Positions 8,075 through 16,068 of a stretch of 64,000 nt of DNA are shown here, in pieces. Origin of the DNA: Vicinamibacterales bacterium (GTDB lineage: Bacteria > Acidobacteriota > Vicinamibacteria > Vicinamibacterales > UBA8438); NCBI GenBank assembly GCA_965262925.1, contig CBDHGC010000004.1, positions 2,385,112 through 2,449,111 of the forward strand. The letters run 5' to 3'. Both the position numbers and the translations under genes were made by a program. The first letter of the stretch is position 1, and every line of letters starts with the position of its first letter. A model generated the notes under the pieces. The model was not told the origin of the DNA, did not search any database, and saw only the letters and a program-made list of their open reading frames with translations.

Positions 8075-8710
8075 TTGGCGACGTGGCTCGAGTTCTTCGT
8101 TCGTGTTCTCGTCAAGACCGTTACGCTTGGTCCACCGCTCGCTCTAGCGTTGACTGTTGTGCCCTCTCCTTGGAGTGCCTCTCATGCCCTCGTTGCCTCC
8201 TGGCGAGCCCTCTTCTCTCCTGGTGCTGCGGCTGCGACTCCTCCTGCCGTAGGTGCCGCTCGTTCCGACGAGTACGAGCGTGCCGGTGTTCACGTTCATT
8301 GTGATGCGTTCGTCGACCCGGCCGCGGTGCTCGAATCCGGAGTCACCGTTGGGTCTCGCGCGGTTGTGTGTGCCGGCGTGACGTTGCGCCAGAACTCGCG
8401 AGTTTCTGCGCACGCCGTTCTCGAGCCGGACGTCGTTGTCGGCTCCGACGCTCGCGTCGGTCATGGTGCTCGGCTTGCGCCAGGTGCCGTTGTCGAACGT
8501 GCCGCCGTCGTCGGTCCTCGTACCGTTCTCGGTGCTGGTGCAGTTGTTCGCGCGGATGCGCGTCTCGGTCGCACCGTCACCGTGGGTGACGGTGCGCAGG
8601 TTGGTCGTGGAGCCTTGGTCTCTTCTGGTTCTGCTCTCGGCGACGGCTCATTTGTCGGTCACGGTGCTGTCCTTCGGGAAGGTGTTGATCTCGCCAGCGG
8701 CGTTCAGGTG
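8075..8710 (+). pseudogene. hexapeptide-repeat (left-handed beta-helix) protein, 3' truncated by IS21
   Basis: Repeating [LIV]-G-x-x-x-x periodicity (VGSRAVVCAGVTLRQNSRVSAHAVLEPDVVVGSDARVGHGARLAPGAVVERAAVVGPRTVLGAGAVVRADARLGRTVTVGDGAQVGRGALV...). The frame runs straight into the IS21 terminal repeats at about 8710. Confidence 0.5.
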
Positions 8711-8853
8711 TGGGTATTCCGGAGGAAGTGGAACACGGAATCCGGAGGAAGTGGAACATCGATTCCGGAGGAAGTGGAACAGCGGTTCCGGAGGTCGTGA
8801 ACGCTCGTCGGTAGCTTGACCCGGCATGCTCTTGCCCTTTCGACAGGAGGGGC

Positions 8854-10422
8854 GTGGCGATGCCGGCACGGAGGCTGCTGATGAGGAAGATCCGCGAGGT
8901 TTTACGACTCAAGCACGAGCAAGGACTGTCCCACCAGGCGGTGGCGCAGGCGTGCGCCGTCGGCGTGGGGACGGTCAATCGCTATCTGCAGAGGGCGGCG
9001 CAACGTGGGCTCGGCTGGCCGTTGCCGGCCGATTTGGACGACGCGGCGCTCGAGGCTCGATTGTTTCCACGCGCCGCGCCGGTGCACGACCGGATCCGGC
9101 CCGACTGCGCGTACATCCACCGCGAGCTCAAGCGCGACAGCGTCACGCTGCAGTTGCTGTGGGAGGAGTACGCGCAAATCCATCCGGACGGCTACGGCCG
9201 CACCCAGTTCTGCGAGATCTACCGGCAATGGACGCGGCGGCTGCGGCCGTCGATGCGGCAGGTGCACCGCGCCGGCGAGAAGACGTTCATCGACTATTCC
9301 GGCAAGCGGCCGAGCCTGGTCGACCGGCGCACGGGTGAGCTCCGACGCGTCGAGCTGTTCGTCGCCGTGCTCGGCGCCAGCAGCCTCACCTACGCCGCGG
9401 CGACCGAGACCCAGCAGTTGCCGGACTGGATCGACGCGCATATCCGCATGGTGGAGTACTTCGGCGGCGCTACCACGTTGTGGGTCCCCGACCAGCTCAA
9501 GAGCGCCATCACCCGCCCCTGCCGCTACGAGCCCGGCGTCAACCGCACCTACGAGGACCTGGCCACCCACTACGGCGCCGTCGTCGTTCCGGCGCGACCG
9601 AGGAAACCTCGGGATAAGGCTGCTGTGGAGAATTGTGTACTCATCGCACAGCGGTGGATACTCGCCCGCCTCCGCGACCAGACCTTCTTCGAGCTCGGCC
9701 CGTTGAACGCCGCGATCCGCGTCCTGCTCGACGAGCTCAACGACCGGCCGATGAAGAAGCTGGGCGTCAGCCGCCGCGCCCTCTACGAGCAGGTCGACCG
9801 GCCGGCGCTCCGGTCCCTGCCGACCGCGCGCTACGTCCTGGCGCACTGGAAGCTGTGCCGCGCCAACATCGACTACCACGTCGAGGTCGAGCGCCACGTC
9901 TATAGCGTGCCGTTCCAGCTGGTCCGCGAGCAGGTCGAGGTCCGCTACACCACGAACACGGTCGAGATCTTCTATCGCGGCAAGCGACTGACGTCGCACC
10001 GGCGGCGCTACGACGGGCAGCCGTCCACCCATCGCGAGCACATGCCGAGCGCCCACCGCGCGCATGCCGAGTGGACGCCGTCGCGGCTGATCCGTTGGGC
10101 CGAGCAGGCCGGACCGGCGACCGGACAGCTCGTCGCCCAGATCATCGAGCGTCGCCCGCACCCGGAGCAAGGGTATCGAGCCTGCCTGGGGATCATGCGC
10201 CTGGGACAGCAGTACGGGAACGACCGGCTCGACGCGGCGAGCGCTCGCGCGATGGCACTCGGCTCCTACCGCTATCGCACCGTCAAGAACATTCTCGCCG
10301 CCGGCCAGGACCGTCTGCCTCTGGAGCCGGCGGCCGAGACGACCCCGACGCCCACGCACACCAACATCCGCGGCGCCGACTACTACGCCGCGGCCACGAC
10401 CGAGGAGGAGGACCGATGCTGA
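8854..10422 (+). CDS. istA: IS21-family transposase IstA
   Basis: N-terminal HTH (IREVLRLKHEQGLSHQAVAQACAVGVGTVNRYL), a DDE core (FIDYSGKRP...WVPDQLKSAI...) and a characteristic C-terminal region. The stop overlaps the istB start. Confidence 0.9.
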   Translation: MAMPARRLLMRKIREVLRLKHEQGLSHQAVAQACAVGVGTVNRYLQRAAQRGLGWPLPADLDDAALEARLFPRAAPVHDRIRPDCAYIHRELKRDSVTLQLLWEEYAQIHPDGYGRTQFCEIYRQWTRRLRPSMRQVHRAGEKTFIDYSGKRPSLVDRRTGELRRVELFVAVLGASSLTYAAATETQQLPDWIDAHIRMVEYFGGATTLWVPDQLKSAITRPCRYEPGVNRTYEDLATHYGAVVVPARPRKPRDKAAVENCVLIAQRWILARLRDQTFFELGPLNAAIRVLLDELNDRPMKKLGVSRRALYEQVDRPALRSLPTARYVLAHWKLCRANIDYHVEVERHVYSVPFQLVREQVEVRYTTNTVEIFYRGKRLTSHRRRYDGQPSTHREHMPSAHRAHAEWTPSRLIRWAEQAGPATGQLVAQIIERRPHPEQGYRACLGIMRLGQQYGNDRLDAASARAMALGSYRYRTVKNILAAGQDRLPLEPAAETTPTPTHTNIRGADYYAAATTEEEDRC

Positions 10423-11174
10423 TCGAACAGACCGTCGACAAACTCAACGCCATGAAGCTGGGCGCGATGGCCGACGCCGTCCAGCAACAACTGCAGAGCG
10501 GCGAGGCCGCCACGCTCGGCTTCGAGGAGCGTTTCGGCCTGCTGGTCGACGCCGAGTGGACGGCCCGCGAACAGCGCAAGCTGCAACGGCGCCTGCAGAC
10601 GGCCAAGCTGCGTCATCCGGCGACGCTCGAGGCCGTCGACTTCACGCCTGCCCGACGGCTCAACCGCCAGCAGGTCCTGACGCTGGGAACCTGCGCGTGG
10701 CTCGCCGAGCGCCACAACTTGATCGTCACCGGGCCGTGTGGAATCGGGAAGAGTTTTCTCTGTTGCGCCTTCGTCGAACGGGCGTGTCGCCGCGGCTTCA
10801 CCGCCCGCTACGTCCGCATGCCGCGCCTGTTGCACGAGGTGGCCGTCGGCCGCGGAGACGGTTCCTACACGCGGCTGATGGCGCGGCTGGCAAAGCTCGA
10901 CCTGCTCGCCATCGACGACTGGATGCTCGCGCCGTTGCGTGACGCCGAGCGCCGCGACCTGACCGAGGTGATCGAGGACCGCGCCGAACGCGCCTCCACG
11001 CTGATCGCCAGCCAGTTGCCGGTGACCGACTGGCACGCCGTCATCGGTGACCCCAACCAGGCCGACGCCATCTGCGACCGCCTGCTCCACGACGCGCACC
11101 GCATCGAGCTGAAGGGCCGCTCGATGCGACGTACGCACGACGCGCCGAACAACCGCCCGAAGGAGACGACATGA
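10416..11174 (+). CDS. istB: IS21-family ATP-binding helper IstB
   Basis: ATG at 10416 overlaps the istA stop. Walker A GPCGIGKSFL, Walker B LLAIDDW, and a TLIASQLPVTDWH motif. The upstream part of the 367-aa track ORF is rejected. Confidence 0.9.
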   Translation: MLIEQTVDKLNAMKLGAMADAVQQQLQSGEAATLGFEERFGLLVDAEWTAREQRKLQRRLQTAKLRHPATLEAVDFTPARRLNRQQVLTLGTCAWLAERHNLIVTGPCGIGKSFLCCAFVERACRRGFTARYVRMPRLLHEVAVGRGDGSYTRLMARLAKLDLLAIDDWMLAPLRDAERRDLTEVIEDRAERASTLIASQLPVTDWHAVIGDPNQADAICDRLLHDAHRIELKGRSMRRTHDAPNNRPKETT

Positions 11175-11578
11175 GCACCAGAACGGCAACGCCATTACCG
11201 CGGCGAAGCGAAGCCCAGAACCATCGCGCCGCCGACACGCGTGACCGGGGCACGTCGGGTCCGACCGGCCTGTGGATCCTGCCGGTGATGTGGAAAACGC
11301 GCGCGATGCGTTCGGCGCAACTGAGCGGTCGCCGAAGGCGCGTTTCCCACAACACCTTGGACGCCGCAGACGGCGCCCACAGGCTCCACAGGCATCTTCG
11401 TCCATGCTCTCGAACACCACGTCACGAGTAGAATCTTGAAGGTCTGCTGCGACACCGAGGGGAGGGAACTGACCGACGAACGTCGCTACGCTCCGACGAG
11501 CGTTCCACTTCGCCGGAAACCGTGTTCCAGATCCCCGGAAACGCTGTTCCACTTCACCGGAATACCCACGCACCTCAA

Positions 11579-11822
11579 CTACTTCCTGAAGAACCGTCAT
11601 CGTTTCGCCTACACCACAATGGTCGGGCTCGGGCTTCCGCGGGGCAGCGGCGCCGTCGAAAGCGCCATCCGTCGCGTCATCAATCTCCGCATCAAGGGCG
11701 CATCCATCTATTGGCTACCGGAGAGCGTCGACGCGATTCTTCTCCTGCGGTCTTTCTATAAGTCCGGCAGATGGAACTGTTTGCAGCGGATGGCCATGAC
11801 GCCGGTGGGTGTGAGCGCGTGA
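11579..11822 (+). pseudogene. transposase C-terminal fragment (ISKra4-like)
   Basis: ...GSGAVESAIRRVINLRIKGASIYWLPESVDAILLLRSFYKSGRWNCL resembles the conserved C-terminus of ISKra4-type transposases (GSGxVExxxKxVIxxRxKxSGMxWxxxGAxAIxxLR). It begins abruptly at the IS21 right end. Confidence 0.45.
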
Positions 11823-12699
11823 CCGGGAAATCGGGAATGCGCCCCCCCGCGGCCCGGCCGGCACCCACCCAGACCGCCTGCGGGCCGTACCGTAACTGCA
11901 CGGCGCTCAGGCGCGATCACCCCAACGGTGTACGTCGTGGGCACTGTGCGTACCAACGGCGCATGGACCGTGACAACGACGGTTGGGCTTACGAACGGTA
12001 GTCCGAGCGCCCGTTTCTCGGGATCCGGCCGGGGAGACGAGTCCGCCCCCGGCTCGCCGACGCTCGCTCAAGCCCCGGCTGGTTCCGGAACGCACGCTCG
12101 TTCCGTGTCAGTGCCCGCTCTGGATCGAGCGGTGGCAACGCCCCGAAGACCGTCTGTTCCCCGGCAAGCTACTCGCACGCGTGCCCATCGTTGTCGCGGT
12201 CTCTCGCAGTGTTGAGGTTGTAGGTGCGCATCTCGGCACCATTCCAGGAGTCTCGGTACGTCCCGCCCTTCCGCCTCGCGACCGCCTTGGCGGCCTTCTT
12301 CCTGCCGCGCCCAGCGACCGGCGGCGCGGCCCCTTAGATCGCCTCGATGGCACGCTGCACAGCAGGCAGACTGACTCCGGAGTGACTGCTCTTCGTGCCG
12401 CAATGCCTCTACCCGAGGTCGTCGGCACCGTCGAGCCGTGCGCACGAGCCGCATATGGAGTACCGGACGGCACGGCGGCCTGCATCCTCTCCACAACTGT
12501 GAACCGCTACGCGTAGCGGCCGCGCCGCAGGGACACTGCCTGTCCAGTCAGGCAGCGGTTTCCCCTGCATGCGCGCCACGGCGTTCCGCGTTGCGGGCAG
12601 GGAGGCGGACGCCGCGCGGCCCGTGTCACCCGCCGCGGCTCAGGCCACGATACGCCGGGGTACACGCAACAGCCACACCACCTGGACGCCGGGGCGCGC

Positions 12700-12830
12700 C
12701 GCAACGCCAGACCCAGCAGTTCGTCGACCCGCGTCACGGAGTCGACAGTCACCGCGCGCCGGAGGCCATCGCCGAGTTCCTCGTGGACCCAGCTCTGGTT
12801 CTCCCGCGGCGGATGACAAGGGCCAGCCCG
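12700..12830 (-). pseudogene. Lon protease C-terminal fragment
   Basis: Nucleotide and peptide similarity to the 3' end of the Lon locus at 60660-60790 (…VTVDSVTRVDELLGLAL versus …AIDYVTRIDELLDLAM). It is isolated, with no upstream Lon sequence. Confidence 0.45.
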
Positions 12831-13365
12831 TAGCGGTGCGTTGGAGCGCCCGTTCGTCCAAATCGGCGGCGCGGGAACCGTTGGTGGTGAGCGACCCGGA
12901 ACGGGCGCGATGTGTCTGGTTGGGAAGGTCGAGCAAAAAAAAGACGAAACCGATACCAGTATCGGTCATCGACCGATCCATCAAGGTTGGTACCGCGCAC
13001 TCGGCGGACCCCAGGGACCACCGGGAGCCCCGGCGGCAACGGCGATCACCTCGGGTACGGGGCCGCCCACGTTGTCGCGGCGCTTGGGGCAGCATTCGCG
13101 GCCGCCCCGGACCGCGCGGCCATCGATCCGGAAGCGGCCGCAGCCGGCCGAACACTTCGACCTCCGGCGCTCTCCGAGATCGACGGGTTCGTAGCCAGCC
13201 TGGATGGCACCGGCCGGGGTCCCCGCGGCCAGCCACCGACCCCGACTCGCTATACCTGCGGAAGGATGCGGCCAAGGCCGCCGTTTTCGGAATCCGCCGC
13301 GGAGAGTCCCGGCGGAGCCGGTGGTTCAGCGTTGTCGGGCGCGCGGGCGCCCTTGCGAGGTCGAG

Positions 13366-15273
13366 ATGGTAATCGCACCGTTTCCGTGGGACGCGGAAGA
13401 GCGCTACGTAGTGGACGGCAAGACGTACACCGTTCACCCCCTTGCGCAGCTGTTTCCGCTGATGCGCGGCGAGGAGTTTGACCGCCTCGTCGAGGATGTA
13501 AAGACGCACGGCCTGCGCCGGCCGATCCTGGTCACAGGGCCGGGCGCCAACCTGATTGTGGACGGCAGAAACCGTTTGCGCGCCGCGATAGAGGCGGGTG
13601 TTACTCCCGTCTTCGAACAACTCGCCGACAACGCGAACCTGCCCGCGGTGATCTACACGGAGAATCTTCGCCGGCGCCATATGACGCAAGGGCAGCTCGC
13701 CATTCTCGGCGCCCTGATACGGCGGGCGCTGCGGCAGATGGATCCAACCGCCGGCAACCGCGACCAGGTCCGGTCACCGTTCGGCGACCCTTTGCTGGCG
13801 GATTTACTGGCGGCCGTCGCGGTGGAGGGCGGCAGCGACGAAGTCGACGTCCGGGGGACCGGCGCGAAGGGGCGGCGACCGACACAGGAGGACGTTGCCG
13901 CACACCTCTCCATCTCGGCTCCCTACCTGCGACGGGCCGAGCGCGTGCTGGAGGTCGCAGCGGACCTGGCCAAGCAGGTCTGGAACGGAGCTCTCCAGCT
14001 CAACGACGCCTACCGCAGGTGCATGGAGCATGCGCGGGAAACCGGCGACGTGCACCGGGGATCGGCGAAGGCCACCGGCAAGGGAACTGCACAGCGCACC
14101 GGCCAGCGCCGGGAATCGAAAGAGCCGAGCGCCAGCGGGAACTCGACGGCCATCGAATCGATGTCCGGGGCCGAGGACCAGCAGGTCACCGAGACTGTAT
14201 CGACGGATGGAAAGGACGCTTCCCACCGGATGCCGACCCCGTCCGGCGACGGGTCGTCCCAACCGGTGCCCACCTCGGCGGCGGCCGACACGGCGATGCG
14301 AGGAGACGAGGCTGAGTGGTCGCCGGAGTCGACGACTCCGCCTCTCGTCCTGGACGGTTTGCGGCTGACCCTGGGCAACATCGACCTGGATCCATGCTCG
14401 AGCGAGGCGGCACAGGAGCAGATCGCGGCAAGGGAGTGGTACTCAGCGGCGCAGGACGGCCTGAGCCTGCCCTGGCACGGTACGGTCCACGTCTTCCCGC
14501 CGACCGAGCGCATCGACGAGTTCGCAGAGAAACTCGTTACCGAACTGGACTCGGGCCGCGTCCGGCGGGCCGCCTTGCTCGGGCCCGCTGACCTGCGCTC
14601 TGACTGGGCCGTGCACTTGCTGGAGCAGGCTGCGTTCGACGCGCTCGTGATCGAGCGCGGCCCGCGGAGTTCCGAGGCCGCCGGCAACCGCAATCATGGA
14701 ATGGGGCGTCTGGCGCTCTTCTTGCTGGGCGTAGACTCGGACCGTTTGACCAAGGTATTCGACACCTGGGGTGTCACGTTGCCCTCGCCGCGGTCGAATG
14801 CGAACCACGGCGCCGAGGCGAGCGCCGCACGGACCCTGACCGAGGATCGCATCCCGCAAGCCGACGGCTCCAGGATGTCGCCCGTGAACCCTTCGCCGCC
14901 GCCTGATCCGAAGAGCGGTGGCACGGTCGTTGGTCCCACCACAGGTGGGGACGCCAGATCGACATCTGACCAGACCGGGGACCGCGTGCCACGGGCGGAT
15001 CAGCGCCAGGCGCCGAGCGCGAAGTCGGAAGTGTCTGAGCACGGCATCAGAACCGGAATCGGTGCGCTTGTCGGAATGCATCCCGGCAACATCTTCCTTA
15101 CGGACGCGTGGCTTGAGAAGGCCAAGGAGTCGAAGCTCGGCAAGGGCGCGCGGAGACTGCTGGACCGCGTCCAGAAGACCACGGAGCGCGTCGCGGAGCC
15201 GTTCGAGCCATCCACGCGGACCGACGGCGGGAGCAGCGCACGGACGGGGGCTGCGTCCAAGGACGAGAACTGA
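13366..15273 (+). CDS. ParB-like N-terminal domain protein fused to a Dam-type (phage N6-adenine MTase-like) domain with a non-canonical catalytic motif
   Basis: ATG at 13366. ParB/Srx-type motif LIVDGRNRLRAAIEAG plus an HTH-like segment (TQEDVAAHLSISAPYLRRAERV). A Dam-family block follows: LGNIDLDPCSSEAAQEQIAAREWYSAAQDGLSLPWHGTVHVFPPTERIDEF, where the expected (D/N)PPY reads FPPT. There is a long low-complexity linker and tail. Confidence 0.7.
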   Translation: MVIAPFPWDAEERYVVDGKTYTVHPLAQLFPLMRGEEFDRLVEDVKTHGLRRPILVTGPGANLIVDGRNRLRAAIEAGVTPVFEQLADNANLPAVIYTENLRRRHMTQGQLAILGALIRRALRQMDPTAGNRDQVRSPFGDPLLADLLAAVAVEGGSDEVDVRGTGAKGRRPTQEDVAAHLSISAPYLRRAERVLEVAADLAKQVWNGALQLNDAYRRCMEHARETGDVHRGSAKATGKGTAQRTGQRRESKEPSASGNSTAIESMSGAEDQQVTETVSTDGKDASHRMPTPSGDGSSQPVPTSAAADTAMRGDEAEWSPESTTPPLVLDGLRLTLGNIDLDPCSSEAAQEQIAAREWYSAAQDGLSLPWHGTVHVFPPTERIDEFAEKLVTELDSGRVRRAALLGPADLRSDWAVHLLEQAAFDALVIERGPRSSEAAGNRNHGMGRLALFLLGVDSDRLTKVFDTWGVTLPSPRSNANHGAEASAARTLTEDRIPQADGSRMSPVNPSPPPDPKSGGTVVGPTTGGDARSTSDQTGDRVPRADQRQAPSAKSEVSEHGIRTGIGALVGMHPGNIFLTDAWLEKAKESKLGKGARRLLDRVQKTTERVAEPFEPSTRTDGGSSARTGAASKDEN

Positions 15274-15775
15274 TACGCGGACTTGTGCGCCCGCTCAGGC
15301 GGTTGGGTGTCGCTACCGCTGCTCGATCCGGATGAACGCCGAGCCCATCCGCTGTTCGAGCGGCCGGCATCGTGCCGCGTCGAAGTCGAGCAGGTGTTCG
15401 GGGTCGATGCCCATTGCTACCGCGCTGGGGCGCGACCACTCTGATCGCGTCGCTCTGCCTGACCATCGTCGTTGCCTGCGCCGCCGCGGTCGGCGGCATC
15501 GCCCCTTCCTGCGCCGGGTCGGGTCTTGCCGGACGGCGTCCGCCGACGATTGCCCTTCCAAACGCGTTGCGCCGCGGCTTCCGGTCCCGGAGCCCGCTAC
15601 CGCCTGGCGTCGGGGACCTTGAGCGCCGGAGTTCCTACAGGGCCGAGACCGAAGTTGACGGAACGTCCGCTATCAGACCCACCGGACACCGAGGCCCTCC
15701 GCGACCTCTGGGAAACCGACCTCGTGATCGAGGACGCGATCGCAAAGGCTTCGCACCGTTGCCCTGGTTTTAATT

Positions 15776-15940
15776 GAGGCTGAGTTTACCCAGCCGGTCG
15801 AGACGCCGCTCTACCAGTCGATCGCGACGCGGGTCGCGGCGATGCGCGACCGCGGCGACAGTGTCAGCGCGATCGCGAAGGATTTCGCGGTAGACCACCA
15901 TACGGTCGACAAGGCTCTGCGCTGGTTCCGGTCGCGGTGA
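15776..15940 (+). pseudogene. resolvase-type HTH domain fragment (copy 1)
   Basis: EAEFTQPVETPLYQSIATRVAAMRDRGDSVSAIAKDFAVDHHTVDKALRWFRSR*. This is a helix-turn-helix tail with no N-terminal catalytic part. It is convergent with the autotransporter stop and part of the repeat shared with 23376-23540. Confidence 0.4.
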
Positions 15941-15971
15941 CCGCGGGTTGGTTCGTTGGTGAGGGTGTCGA

Positions 15972-15987
15972 CCGCAACGCGTTGCGC
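15972..15987. repeat. REP-like palindrome copy 3
   Basis: CCGCAACGCGTTGCGC, lying between the convergent HTH fragment and the autotransporter stop. This is a plausible bidirectional terminator position. Confidence 0.8.
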
Positions 15988-16068
15988 TCCCGTCGGACCG
16001 GGCCCCGGCTGTCCGGTTTGCCGAGGCCCGGTCCTGGTTTGCTCAGTGGTCAACGTCGTGGCCGTCGG

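Larger units (their letters stand above)
8703..11578 (+). mobile_element. IS21-family insertion sequence (istA-istB)
   Basis: Left end TGGGTATTCC followed by three direct copies of TCCGGAGGAAGTGGAACA (8718-8781) plus a degenerate fourth. Inverted copies (TGTTCCACTTC.CCGGAA) lie at 11501-11562, ending GGAATACCCA at 11568. These are the multiple terminal repeats typical of IS21. No matching target duplication was found. Confidence 0.85.

Noticed and set aside
11822-13365. Several 60-190-aa ORFs on both strands, including a short tail ending …DRDNDGHACE (Excalibur-like) near 12170-12330
   Set aside because: These are fragments only. They have no start codons in the biased frames, and stops interrupt every candidate. 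I treat the stretch as degenerate or pseudogenised DNA apart from the Lon fragment.
12640-13689. 349-aa minus ORF
   Set aside because: Its upper part is antisense to the ParB-domain gene start. The remainder crosses a degenerate region containing a Lon fragment in a different frame. No coherent coding signal.
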